A stretch of DNA of 64,000 nt from Octopus vulgaris (GCA_951406725.2 OX597836.1:29326001-29390000), one strand, 5' to 3'; shown: positions 40,735 through 53,869, counted from the first letter of the stretch. Numbers and translations: made by a program. The notes: generated by a model from the letters alone, not told the origin.

Positions 40735-41048
40735 TAGGTAGGGGGGCTCCGAAAGGGGTCTCAGGTAGTAGCATTCCTACCTTCATAAGCTAGTTTTCCA
40801 CCACATTTCTCAAAAATCATGGTAGAGTCCTTGGTCTCGGGACCACTCCTGTCTAGAAACTGAGGTTGGGGGGTAAGCAAGGGCATGCTCCCCATAGAAA
40901 ATCCAGCTCCAAAAAAGCCCCACGATAGCAAAGGAGCATGGGCACCTTCTAGCCCAAAGGTTAGGGTGGGCTGCACCTGCCTACCTCAGTTTCTATGGCA
41001 TTGAGGTAGATCCAGCCACCCCCATTAACAGGGACACAACCCAGATTT
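40735..41048 (+). mobile_element. Unclassified GC-rich structured repeat, possibly a retroposon 5' UTR derivative
   Basis: Internal inverted repeat tagaaactgaggt / acctcagtttcta; motif ggttgggggtaagcaagggcatgctccccatagaaa parallels ggttggcgttaggaagggcatccagctgtagaaa of the (GAT)n-tailed family. Confidence 0.45.
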
Positions 41049-42991
41049 AAAACACTGGATGATGATGATTGTGAGCTACACACTGGGAAAGATGCTTAGT
41101 GGCATTCTGGCCATCTTTATATTCAGAGTTCAAATTCCACCAAGTAGTTGTTGAATCTGCTGGAAAAAGCAGCCAAATCTCCCTCAAATTACACCCTCCC
41201 ATCTTCAATCCTTTTGCATTTAAAATTGCCATATCCGACACAAATGTTCCACCTGTTTTATGTTGAAAATGGCCAGCTCTGACCTCTCACACAAAACCTA
41301 TAATGTCATTCCGAAAATAAACAATCACATCGTAGAAGTCTTGATTCTATGAGGTATTATATGATTAATTCAAAACAATGGGAATAAATAATCATTACAT
41401 TTGACAGAATAATCTGAATTCTGAAGGGACAAAAGGAGCACATTGGGTGTTGTACACCATATCACAATAAAAGATGGAATGGTCATAGCTGGAACACCTT
41501 TGATCACCTGAAGCTAGGACAACAACAACAACAACAACAACTACTATTATTATATAATGTTGTAGGACTTTGAAATGTGAGGAAATTATTTCAGTAGGGT
41601 TAAACAAGGTTTTATTACATTTTTTACTGGTTTCCAACTGCTGGGGAACACTTTTGTTTGATATATGTAGCTGTTGTTGTGGTGGTGATGGTGATGGTGG
41701 CACTGGTGACAATGTTCATGAGAACGAAAATGGAAAAAAAAATGTATGGAAAAGTAAACTTGCTGGTATTGGTCGATTGGTTGGTTGGTTCATTCTGATT
41801 TCATTTGTTGCTAAGTTCTTCTCACCAGCTTCTTTTCTACAACATTTTATTTTGTATTTTAATTTGCAGTTATATATATATATGTATATATATATATGTT
41901 AATTTTTGAAAATGTTTGTTATAGTTATATAATTGTATCTGCATTATCTCTCTGAAGCTGTAAACTAAAAAGAAAACAACAACAACAAAAAAAACATTTT
42001 CATTCATTAAAAATTACATTAGATATCAACAAATACAAATATCATTAATGTAATGTGATTGTCTTCAACACTATTTCATTTTGTCACATTAATGATTTTA
42101 AAATTGATGCTGAACTAGAAATTTCCTTCTTTTGAGGTGATTATATATAAATTTCTTGGACTATTATTAACTTATCTGTAGAAGTGATTTTTTTTTCTCT
42201 GTTTACTTCAACAGTACATTGACTGGATTTGATCTCTAATAATCATAGATGTCTTATTCCTAGATATGTACAGAGGTGTGGCTGTGTGGTTAAGAAGCTT
42301 GATTCCAAACCATGTTCTCTTGGGTTCAGTTCCACTGCATGGCACCTTGTGCAAGTGTCTTCTACTAAAGCCCTGGGCCAACCAAAGCCTTGTGAGTGAA
42401 TTTGGTAGACTGAAAGAAGCCCATCATGTGTATGTATACATGTGTGCGTTGTGTTTGTCCTCCACCACCACTGTACAACCAGTATTGGTTTGTTTATGTC
42501 CTTGTGACTTTGCAGTTCAGCAAAAAGAGAACAATATAATAAGTATCAGACTTGGGGTCAATTTGTTAAGCTAAACCCTTGAAGTCAGTGTCCCAGCATG
42601 GCCACAGTTCAGTGATTAAACATGTAAAAGATAGACAGTACCTGAGTCGATTTATATTGAGAACCTTTTTGTAATGTATTCAGGAATAAGACACCTGATG
42701 ATAATTGAAGATCAAATCATCTAAGAGGTATTCATGAAAAGAAATAATGGATTTCTAACAATGAGGTTATTAGCATACTGACTTATTAAAAATAATTTTC
42801 TTTTATCATCTACCTCTCTCTCTTTCTCACTAATTAGTCAGAGATTCACCATGGAAATGAAACTTACCAGTTTCAGTGAATTTAGTCCATAGGTGTATTG
42901 CTAATTAATTTTACTGCAGTTAGTTTCTTATGCAATAATTTTTAATATTCTCATGCTTATTTACCAGTATTTGTGTATGTGTAGGTATGTA

Positions 42992-43052
<61 letters not shown>

Positions 43053-43054
<2 letters not shown>

Positions 43055-43790
43055 TGGGGTTGGACAAAATAATGGAAACACCTTAAAATTTCAAACAAAT
43101 TTATTTTAATATGGGGTAGGACCACCTTTGGCAGTAATTACACCTTGAATTCTACGAGGTATGGACTCGTACAAAGTTTGAATTGTTTCCAAAGGAATTT
43201 TTGTCCATTCTTCAGCTAAAACAGTCTCCAGTTCTTGTTGTGATGATGGTGGAGGATATCGACTCCTTATTTGTGTTTCTAAAATACACCATAAATGTTC
43301 AATAATATTGAGATCTGGGGACTGCGGTGGCCAGATAACATGTTTAACTTCGCTAGAATGTTCCTCGTGCCATTCAGTAACAACTTTAGATGTGTGAATT
43401 GGTGCATTATCATTCTGGAAGATTGCGTTTCCCCTCTAGAAACAGTTCCGCAACCATAGGATGAATTTGATGAGATAAAATGCTGAATTAGTTTTGACTA
43501 TTAATTCTGCCATGAAGGTAAACTATTGGGCCAGCAGATTTCCAAGATATAGCCCCCACCCCAGATTATCACAGATCCTCCCCCATGTTTAACAGTTGGA
43601 CGAAGGCAGTCTGGGTGAAATGCTCCTTTTGGCTATCTCCACATATATACTCGGCTGATGGTCAGAAATAAGGTAAAGGTTGACTTGTCTGAGAAAATAA
43701 CATTCTTCCACTTCTCTAGGGACCAATTCTGTAGGTTTTTACTCCACCATAAATGCTTTGCAATGTTTGTTTTTGAAAGTAGTGGTTTTC
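43053..43790 (-). mobile_element. Tc1-like (DD34E) transposon, right-hand portion
   Basis: TIR cactggggttggacaaaataatggaaacacc after (TA)n; IFQNDNAPIHTSKVVTEW...WPPQSPDLNIIEHLW...SIPRRIQGVITAKGGPTPY*. Confidence 0.88.
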
Positions 43791-44240
43791 CCCTCATTAT
43801 TTAAATATTGAAATAAATACGTTCTCTAGTAGTAAGCACTAACTGCAGTGAATTATTCACTGCAGCCCTTCGCTTCAGGAATTTCTTAGCGCGCCAGAAC
43901 CAAGACATTTGAAATTTTATCCCTAATGTAATCGGTAAAACTAAGCACGTGTCTGTCTTGGCGCAGAGAGCTGGGGTTAGTTTTTCAGTTTGCATTTACA
44001 CTGACCGAATGCACTGATGAAGTCACGAACATTTGAATTATGTAAGTAATTCTTTTGTTAAAGGGCGAAACCGAGGTATGCATTTAAGTCTGTTTTGTAT
44101 ATAAATTTTCATCTGTCCTGCCTGCCAAATTTGGTTCTGGTGTTCGCTGAATTTTTCCTCTAGAGAATTTCTTTTGTAGTTTGATCGTTGATGATCTGTT
44201 TCTAGCATTCGGCCAGCTACCTAGCAGTTCAGCCCTGCCA
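43790..44240 (+). mobile_element. Probable Penelope-like pLTR fragment carrying the hammerhead
   Basis: Unique segment that truncates a Tc1 remnant and contains a minimal type I hammerhead; boundaries approximate. Confidence 0.55.
44007..44085 (+). ncRNA. Type I hammerhead ribozyme motif, canonical core
   Basis: Stem I gaatgca/tgcattt, CTGATGA, extra A, stem II GTC..GGC extended by aaca/tgtt and gaatta/taattc, GAAA, short stem III, GTA cleavage triplet. Confidence 0.85.
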
Positions 44241-44304
<64 letters not shown>

Positions 44305-45458
44305 ATATTGTTGTATTTAGGAATAGTCATTTTGCCAGTTTAGCCAATATATAGATTGCATCCTCAGTATAGCGTGGATTTTTCTGGCTAATATCTGTAA
44401 ATTTATATCACAGACTCCTCAGTATATCATGGCTTTCTGCAGCCAATAGGTATATATATGTTTTTGTGTAAATTAAGCATTTTCATGCCTAAAATTTAAT
44501 AAATATACATTACAGTACTGCACTGTATAACACATTAATTAAAATATATTAAAAGAAAATACATAGTGTACTGTAGATGAGTAAACAAAGAATTGCATAT
44601 ATATTGTATGGAAAACAAAACTCGGGAGGCGAATGTGTAGCGTTCGTTTGTATTTATAATAAAAAAATAAAGTTTCATTTTCTTCACAGATTTTCACCTA
44701 TTGCAGGGTGTTTTTGGAATGTAATACCCGTGATAGTTGAGGGTTAGAGTCTATATTGTTGCGATTATGTTAAACTGTCGTAGGTCCAAATTTGGCCAAA
44801 TGCGTTTTTTTTTTTTTTCAATATTTATTTTTGCTTGCAATAAACGGTTCCTTTGGTCAAACTATCATGTCTCCAGCTGCTTCAGCCAGGATATGAAAAT
44901 TATCAAAGTGCTGTACAATGGTTTTGCTATGGAATGGTGAAACTGTTTTGTTGTCTTCTGAAAATGCAATGTTTTGGACTTAGATGACACTTTCGCATAA
45001 TAGCAACGATATATATATATATATACACACAAACATACAAACAAAAGAGAATGGCACCCACCACATTTTGTAGAAGTTACATATATATATTTAATAATAG
45101 TTTGATTCAGCTCCATATCACTTAAAGTTTCATCGGTTCGTAAGATGGACCTATCTCTCGCTTCTGATTTCTAATAGGAAGAGTTCATCCTATTTGCCTA
45201 CAAAACTTTAACATTTTTAGCATCCAGATTATTCTGTGAAATGAAATGCTTATTTATTCACATTGTTTTGAATTAATCATGCATTACCTGTAGCTTTGAG
45301 ATTTCAATGATTTGATTGTATATTTTTAGAATGATATTGTAGGGCAGATATGAGAGACCAGATCTAGCTGGCTTGAATACAAAGCAGGTAGAATATTAGG
45401 GCCAGATATGGGTCAAACTGTCATTAATGTGTGTGTGTATGTGTATAATATATATATA

Positions 45459-46020
45459 CAGGTTGTGGTGAATAAACTGTCGTCGAAATTACACAAAAGT
45501 AAAAACAACAACATCTCATTTTAAGAGATATATTTACCAAAATTTCACAAAAATTTCTTGAAATACTAAAGAGAAAATTTATTCAATGAAATCACCATTG
45601 GCTTCAACCACGACCTCCACACGACTTCAGAATCTCCTGCAACTCTTCTGGATGGTCTCCTTGTTTAAGTTGGTGAAGGCTGCCATAATCCTTGCCTTCA
45701 GTTCATCTTTGGCGTTACAAAGAATTTTGTTGGTCTCTCACTCAATTGTACCGCACACATAATAATGAAAGGGGTTGCAGTCTGGGAAGTTTGGTGGCCA
45801 GATGTTAAGGGTGATGTGGTCGCAGAATTTGTTTGACAGCCATGACTGGGTTCTGCTTGTGTGGCATGGCACAGAGTCCTGTTGCCAGACATAGGGTCTT
45901 CCAGTAGCCACCCTCTTTATCCAGAGCAGCACTACCTTCTCTAGGCACTTGATGTAGGCCTGTATGTTGAGTCTGAGGCTGTGTGGAAAGCCATCACTAG
46001 TGATCACTTCAAACACCAAA
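45459..46020 (-). mobile_element. maT/mariner-like transposase remnant
   Basis: ORF 45738-46019: YVWQQDSVPCHTS...WPPNFPDCNPFHYYVCGTIE; terminus caggttgtggtgaataaa after TA. Confidence 0.82.
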
Positions 46021-46560
46021 TTACTGTTCTATAAACATTAATAGTTGTCATTTCGAGAAATTTTCAATAGAACTAAAAATGTATTACAAAAATCTATAAA
46101 CTAGTCTACCTTAACACTTTAACATTCAAACTGGTCATATTCAACCAATCTTATGTCAAAACTGGCCAGATCTGGCCTCTCACACTTCTCCTATCTTTCT
46201 AAAACTAAGCAATCACATCATAAAAATGTCTTGGCTACATAATAATGCCTGATTAATTCAAAATAATGTGAATAAATTAAGCATTGCATTTGACAGAGTA
46301 ATATGAATACTAAAGGGTTAAGAACAGTGAGATGATAGTTCTTTCTCCCAATAACTACATTGATATGCACCTGGGCACACAACCATCATACCACATGACC
46401 TGGTGTGGCCAATGAAAATATTGTGTAAACCATTGTGTAGTAACTTCCAGTACAGTCCAATATGTTATTCATTTTGTTGTCACCTGAAAGATTGCATTGA
46501 ATGAGAAACTGTGAATTGTGTTGGAGTGAATCACTTGCTTTGAACAAATATACATATATA

Positions 46561-46591
<31 letters not shown>

Positions 46592-47861
46592 ATCATCATT
46601 ATTGCCTCTGCATTAATATAGCCACATGGGTTAGACAGGGCAAGCTTCAATACATCTCTCTCTCTCCCTCTCTCCACTTGTTGTAGTCTTTTTTTTATGT
46701 CCTTTGTGCATCACAGCATCCTAAAATCCACCCTCACCTCTTCAGTTCATCTCTTTGATTTCTCCTTTCCAGAGGCTTGTAATTGTGCCATTTGACACTT
46801 TTACCTAACTAGAATACTTCGTACACATCACATATCTATATCCTCCCAGTTTTCTCTCCTACATACACACACTCTTCTAATATCAATTTATATGCTCTGT
46901 CGTTCATACATCCAGCAGGTCATTAGTCATCTTGTTTCTTTCCACCTTTCACTTATCTTCCACATTCAGTGGTTATGATATGCTACCTTGAAAATATTGC
47001 CCTTTTTATACAAGCATCATGCAATCTGCTTTTCATTTAGAGGTAGAAGCTCTTTGCTGTCAACAGAAAGATGAAGCTCCCTGAACTTTGTATACTTCAT
47101 CCTTACTCTGGCTACTATATTTTCACAACACTTACCTCATCTGCTGATTAAACCACTATTTCTGATAAGCCTTCTGGATAATTAAGGAACTTCATTCTTT
47201 ACATATTCAATATACTCATTGTTTGTATTGGATATACAGTATATAGTTCCTAACTATTCCATTTCTGTATATTAAGCATGGCCACTTCCCAGCTGATTGT
47301 AGGGGGTTTGGGGTTGTTTTTTTTACCAGGTGACTAAAACTTCTGTGTTTGTGAAATTGTCACTTAGGCCTCTGAGCATATGAAGTGAGCATGCTCCACT
47401 AAATCTGTACAGTTAGTGTGCATTAAAGATGGAGAGAAAAAGCTGCATGTATGAGGAATAGATGTAGTGTGAAGAGGTAAAATTGTGCTGGTATGGATGT
47501 GTGATGCATATGGAAAATATCAGTTGTAAAATTAACTGTTGTACATTTGAAGTGAATAGAACCTGTAGTAGAAAGGAAGATTAGGGAAAATATAGGATAG
47601 AATGGGTATGACTGATTACAAGAAGCCGAATTTTATGATGGAAATGACAAAAAAGAAAATAAAATGAAAAAAACGTGGTGAACGGTGATTTGCAGTGTTG
47701 AAGACCTGCTTACACATAAGCATGGCAATACGGACTTTTAAAATGATAGCGGATGGAAGTTGGAATTTGGCTCCATCCTTATTCAACATTTGGTTATTGT
47801 TCTCCCTCTCTTTAATCATGCTACCTGTGTAGCAGAAGATGATATTGGATCTGCTCATTTA

Positions 47862-48093
47862 AGGTGGCGAGCTGGCAGAATCATTAGCACGCCAGGCAAA
47901 ATGCTTAGCAGTATTTCTTCTGCCGCTATGTTCTGAGTTCAAATTCCGCCGAGGTCGACTTTGCTTTTCATCCTTTTGGGGTCGATAAATTAAGTAACAG
48001 TTACGCACTGGGGTCGATATAATCGACTTAATCCGTTTGTCTGTCCTTGTTTGTCCTTTCTGTGTTTAGCCCCTTGTGAGTAGTAAAGAAATA
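47862..48093 (+). mobile_element. tRNA-like SINE with gtcgactttgc.tttcatcctttYggggtcgataaattaagta central domain
   Basis: A box TGGCAGAATCA, B box GTTCAAATTCC; flanking duplication GATATTGGATCTGCT (47841-47855, 48094-48108). Relatives at about 5440-5610(-), 11095-11305(-), 26540-26715(-), 52670-52885(-), 61840-62055(+). Confidence 0.85.
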
Positions 48094-49084
48094 GATATTG
48101 GATCTGCTTATTTTAAGTCCCCTCTACCACTGACCTACTTTCTCCCACACTATCCCTCCCTTATGTACATCTCTTAGTCTCTTTCACCATCAGTCATCTT
48201 TATGTGTTATTCCTTACTCACTCTTCTACATTACTCCCTCCTTCATCCATTATTGACATACACCATGCCCCACCCTATTCTCATTTCCATTATTCCCACT
48301 TCCATCACCTTGTGTTTCTCCTATCACTCTCTTCCTAATCATATCAGTCATATTTTTTTTTTGTATTCAGCTGCCTTACCAACAACCAGCATGTTGCTGC
48401 ATCCCAGTCTGTCTCTTCTACCACTGCCTCTCTCCCCTACCACTGCGTCCTGCATCATAATCTTTCTTCTACCACCCTCTTGCTCTAGTCTCTCCCCTTT
48501 ATCACTCTTCTATCCACACACTTGTTCATGTTGCCTTGAGTGAACTAAAACTACGTAGAAAGGACCATTTAGTCTTGTTGGAAGCATATCAACTTCTCTT
48601 GTGCTGGTGTCATGACAAAATGCATCTGGTGATTGGTGAGTGAATGGAGACATTGTTAGGTGAAGAGGACCTCAGAGGTTAATGCTATGATAACATATAC
48701 CCAACACACACTGCTAAGTGGTTGGTATTTGAAAGGGCATCCAGCTGTAGAGACCATGTCAAAACTGGACTGTACAAGCAGGATATGTTTCTCAGCCTAG
48801 CAGTAACTCCAAATAAGAACTAAAGTGAACTGTGACAAACCACCTACCCTGTGACAGCATGGAAAACAAATGCAAAATGATGATGATAGATATTTATGTA
48901 CATACATCCTTTGTGTATATGTTTATATACATATGTATGCATATGTGTGTATGTATACATGTGTGTTTGTATATGTATGTATGTATGTGTGTACATGTGT
49001 ATGTGCATATAACTGTGTATATGCGTATGTGTCTGTTTGCATGTACATGTGTGTGATATATGTATATATATGTTTATATATTTA

Positions 49085-49330
49085 TATTTCCTGAATGCTC
49101 ACAAGTTCCATCAGCTGTTCAACAAAAACAACATAAAGGTGAGCTACAGCTGCATGCACACTATGTCAAGTGCTATTAAGAGTTACAATGTCCTCTCCTT
49201 TGCCCTTGTTCCATATATGGTTCGAAAATGTGCTGTTTATTATACTGTGATGCTTGGAAGATCTGGATTGTTAGCGAAGGCTCTTTTTTCATTGGGTTCT
49301 CTATTTGGCTGATGTATGATGTTGATTTTT
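49085..49330. mobile_element. Penelope-like element ORF remnants in inverted arrangement
   Basis: Plus strand HKFHQLFNKNNIKVSYSCMHTMSSAIKSYN (PLE RT-EN linker type). Minus strand YISQIENPMKK/FAN/RSSKHHSIINSTFSNHIWN (decayed GIY-YIG). Confidence 0.75.
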
Positions 49331-49869
49331 GTTTGCTATTTGTGAGATTAGTACGGAAGATTTCTTTTTTTCAGGCAAGTGTTGTCCAGGAGACATAACT
49401 CTAGTTTCTACCAGAAACTAGAATTATGTCTTCTATTCCATAAGTTCTCTGACAAAAAAAAAAAAAAAAAAAAAATCAAGAAAAGTAATGCAAGCTAACA
49501 AGGTTCCCCCTATCCATGCTATAAATAGCAGCCAAATCTTTTTAAAATTAGGGCGAGATTTCTAAAAGGGGAACGAAAGACACGTTGAATAATGTAATCC
49601 TAGATACTCTATGTCTGAAGAAAGAAAGGATTGTCATAGCACTGAAATGTCTTTGAACATCAGTCTGCTGGATCAATGCAGACCTGGGCTTATAGGATCA
49701 TGTAAGTGATGTGGATGTTCTCACACTTTCCAGATTCTCCTTTTTTTTTATTTATTTCCTTTATTTAAACTTTCACACACAACTTTTTGCTTGAAATTGT
49801 CCATATTTAAATCATAATTTTTATGTAATAACTCTTATGTTGCCAAGACCAACTTCATGACAATGGGAA

Positions 49870-50170
49870 CCAACATCACCTGCATGATCGTTACCAACGT
49901 CGCCTTAATGGCACCTGTGCTGGTGGAATGTGTAAAAGGATTCGAGCAAAGTCATTGCCAGTACCGCCTGTTGGCCCCCGTGCTGGTGGCACGTAAAAAG
50001 TACCCACTACACTCTCGGAGTGGTTGGCATTAGGAAGGGCATCCAGCTGTAGAAACTCTGCCAAATCAAGATTGGAGCCTGGTGCAGCCATCTGGTTCGC
50101 CAGCCCTGAGTCAAAATCGTCCAACCCATGCTAGCATGGAAAGCAGATGTTAAACGATGATGATGATGAT
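49870..50170 (+). mobile_element. (GAT)n-tailed short retroposon, probably RTE-related, representative copy
   Basis: ggtggcacgtaaaaagYacccactacactctcggagtggttggcRttaggaagggcatccagctgtagaaac...caacccatgctagcatggaaagc..gttaaacgatgatgat. Copies at about 3680-3965, 14880-15232, 24445-24660, 27288-27625(-), 32325-32500(-), 34075-34330, 39505-39713, 56575-57015(-), 58475-58665, 60000-60322. Confidence 0.88.
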
Positions 50171-50933
50171 TGTTGGAAAACCAAATTAATTGAAATATAT
50201 TGGAAGTATGGTCACAAAAGAGTTAATCATCAATGACAGGGAAATGAAATCTGAATTCAGTTGCTAATACTATAGATCAGGCTTGTGAAAGTGCACGGTT
50301 CAGTGGTTAGAGCATCAGGCTCACAATCACAAAGTAGTGAGTTTGTTTCCCGGATTGGGCTGTGTTTTTTGTTCTTGAGCAAGACACTTTATTTCACATT
50401 GCTCCTGTTCACTCAGCTCAAGAAATGAGTTGCAACGTCACTGGTGCCAAGCTGCATCGGCCTTTGCTTTTCACTTTTCACATTGGTTGTGTGGAGAGGC
50501 TGGTGTGCATGGGCGACTGCTGGTCTTCCGTGAACAAATTTGCTTGGACTTGTGCCTCAGAGGGGAACTTTCTAGGTTATTAATGACCAAAGTGGGGTCT
50601 TTAGATCAGGTTTGGGCAGCCTTTTATAAGAAGTGAGCCACATGGGACCTGGTTTATCATTAGGCAGAATGTACAAGTAAAAAAAAAAACAGTTAAGGTA
50701 ATCTTTTGTTAAGTATGCCATTCAGAAAATCTCACAGATCACAAGTTGCCTATGACTGATAGATTGTTAAAAATCTACATTTGGCTTTTGTAAAAATGGC
50801 CTGAAAAAATTGTCAAAGGCCAACATTTTTAGTGTGAGAAACAGATTTTGTGGTCAGATTTATTGAATAATAATAAAGATATCCATAACTACTCTCGCCT
50901 GAGATTCCTAAAGATTATATGTATATATATAAG

Positions 50934-50967
<34 letters not shown>

Positions 50968-51798
50968 AACAAACGTGAAAGTACCTATATGAAGTCTATT
51001 TGTGAAAGTACCTACATAAAGTCTGTTTGTCAGAGGGCTTATAGTACGTTAGTAATTACACTGTGTATGGCAAGTAAGTAGAGGTGGCAACAAAAGAAAT
51101 GTGGTTTTAGTTCTGATTGATATAGGCTTTGTGTACCCTGTATGAAAACACTCTTTGTAAGAAAAAGCTTAGCACATATATACACATACACATTTTTCTT
51201 TGACAAGCAGAACATGTCCTGTGTATCATTGTAAGGAATACAGAATCAATCTGCTCATTATATTGCATACCTCATACATACTCATACATATGCATGTACT
51301 TAAGACTCAATCACACGTGTGTAAGTCAATGTATGCGTGTATGTGCTTTAACATGACACAGTTCTGTGACATTTCCAAGAACAAAGTGACTTCTTCTTGC
51401 TCTCCCCTGCATGATATAAGCATGTATTTTGAACTTACAGTCATATGTGCTTAGCTTCAAATACTGTAAAACTCATTAGGTAGTTAGACTTTAGATTCTG
51501 TTTTCATTTCAGCAGCTTCATATACCCACGAAAAAAAAAGAATATCCAATTGCCATTCAATTTTACCATTGGTATTATGCAGTATGAATTATATATAAAT
51601 TCATACAATTCATAATATTAAAATTATATGGATTATATAAATTCTATGTATCTTTGCTGTTTATAATGTATTTGTGCATATCCTTTGTTTCTTTTCTCCT
51701 TTCTGTTTAATTGTCACTCTCTCTCTCTCTCTCTCTCTCATATAAATATAATCAACAATGTTTCTTGAAAATATATTTAATATTCTTATTGATTTCAG

Positions 51799-51847
51799 CT
51801 ATGTGTTCAGAAATTAAGGATCTTAATCGAAGATTCCGATCAAAATT
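51799..51847 (+). CDS. AP3D1: AP3D1 exon 11: LCVQKLRILIEDSDQN(L)
   Basis: tttcag|CTA...AAT T|gtaagt, 49 nt. Confidence 0.96.
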
Positions 51848-53723
51848 GTAAGTATTACTAGCTGTTTTAACCCTTTTGGCTTAAAAAATCAGATATATCC
51901 ACTCAAAATTTCATTACCCTTGTTAACGAATGTCATGACTGAAACTATTTTCTGTTGAGATATGTCAAGCTTATTGAGGCATCATGACTTGCAGAAAATA
52001 CCAGTTCTACTTTTTGGGTACATATCTAACATCCTTACAGGAATTGCCATGAAATTTAAGTTCAGTTAAAAGATTAGCAAAGTAGTTTCATTAGAATAAT
52101 TAAACTTTTTTAGATCATCATCATTGTGATTTATAACTCACATTTCTTTTTAATTAGTCACAACAATGGTATCGTTAATTAATTTATAACCGAGCAGTTT
52201 GTCTATTTTTATCCATCACCTAAGATAGACAAAAGAAAAAAAAATTGCTTTGGTGTAATTTGAACTGACATTGAGTTGTCCCCAACATTGCCTTGAATGG
52301 GGGATATAACGCCCTGGTATTGTTAGAATTTATTAACAGGCAATTTATTTAGTCATTCAATTTTTTGTTCAGGCACCCACTGAATTATAAAAGTGCTGCA
52401 TTCTTGAAAATCTTGCTGTTACGCATGGGTTGTCTGTATTTATTTTATCCAACTAAGATAAACAAAAGAGAGAATTTTGTTTGCATAGAGCTTAAAACCA
52501 TGTTTGGTTGTCATCAACTCTTCAGTAGGGATATGACAATCTGATCTCCTCCAACAGCACCAAATACAATCCATACACATATGGAAGAGACACTTTATAT
52601 TATACCTTTCTTTTGTCTGATGCTCTGCATATTTTCCCAGTCATCTGTTTGCTGTAATCTCTAATATTTATTTCAAATTTTGGCACAAGGCCAGCAATTT
52701 TGAGAGAGGGGAAGTTGATTTCATCTAATCAACAGGTATTCATTTTATCAACCCCAAAAGGATGTAAGGCAGAATCAACCTCCATAGAATTTGAACTCCC
52801 TCCATAGAATTTGAACTCAGAACATAATAATGAACAAAATGCTTTGTAGCGTGTGTGCTAATGCTTCTGCCAGCTCACTACTTTACTATAATCTGTAATA
52901 TTGGTTTCAAATTTTGGCACAAGTTTTGGATTCTGAGGAAGTTTAACTTTTTCAGAGTTGACTATTCAAGCTGAGTATACTCACTGTATTGTGAGTGGAT
53001 TTGGTAAATGGAAACTGAAAGAAGCCTGTCATGTATATGTGTATGTTTGTGTTTATATGTGGAGGCGCAATGGCCCAGTGGTTAGGACAGCGAACTCACG
53101 GTCAGAGGATCGCGGTTTCGATTCCCAGGCGTTGTGTATGTTTATTGAGTGAAAACACCTAAAAGCTCCATGAGGCTCCGGCAAGGGGTGGTGGCGACCC
53201 CTGTTGTACTCTTTTGCCCCAACTTTCTCTTACTCTTTCTCCCTGTTTCTTGAGTAACGGTGCGATGGACTGGTGTCCTGTCCAGCTGGGGGGAACACAT
53301 GCACCACAGAAACCAGGAAACCGGGCCCATGAGCCTGGCTAGGCTTGAAAAGGGTGCATAAATAACAAAAATGTGGGTGTCTGTGTGACAACTGCTTGAT
53401 AACCAGTTTTTGTATGTTTACATCTTAACTTAGTGGTTGGCAAGAGAGACCGATAGAATAAGTACCAGGTTTAAATTTTTTTTAAATGTACTGGGGTCAA
53501 TTCATTCGACTAAAAATTGAGGCAGTGCTCCAGTATGGCTACAATCTAATGACTGAAAGATGTAAAAGACATAAGATACAATCTCAGATCAAAACACGTG
53601 CCAGACAATTCTACTTCCAGAGTGTATTTACAGAAGTATTTTTAAATGCTTTTTCATAAACGGAATTGATTGCATTAAATCTTAAAATTGATTGCATTAT
53701 AACTGTTTTATATGTATTTGCAG

Positions 53724-53869
53724 TGAAATATCTGGGTTTATTAGCGATGTCCAAAATCTTGGCTACTCATCCCAAAAGTGTTCAAGCTCACAAAGATCTC
53801 ATTCTTCAGTGTCTTGATGATAAAGATGAGTCAATAAGGCTTCGTGCACTGGATCTCTTGTATGGAATG
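53724..53869 (+). CDS. AP3D1: AP3D1 exon 12: (L)KYLGLLAMSKILATHPKSVQAHKDLILQCLDDKDESIRLRALDLLYGM
   Basis: ttgcag|TG AAA...ATG|gtaagt, 146 nt. Confidence 0.97.

Noticed and set aside
44690-44725. Possible microexon after a pyrimidine tract (ttgcag|GGTGTTTTTGGAAT|gtaata)
   Set aside because: 14 nt would break the frame between exons 10 and 11, which already join in frame and match orthologous sequence.
45110-45150. Minus-strand gatGAAACTTTAAGTGatatgg resembling the 3' half of a hammerhead
   Set aside because: No CUGANGA-like core or stem I partner was found, and the triplet would be GUG (not NUH).
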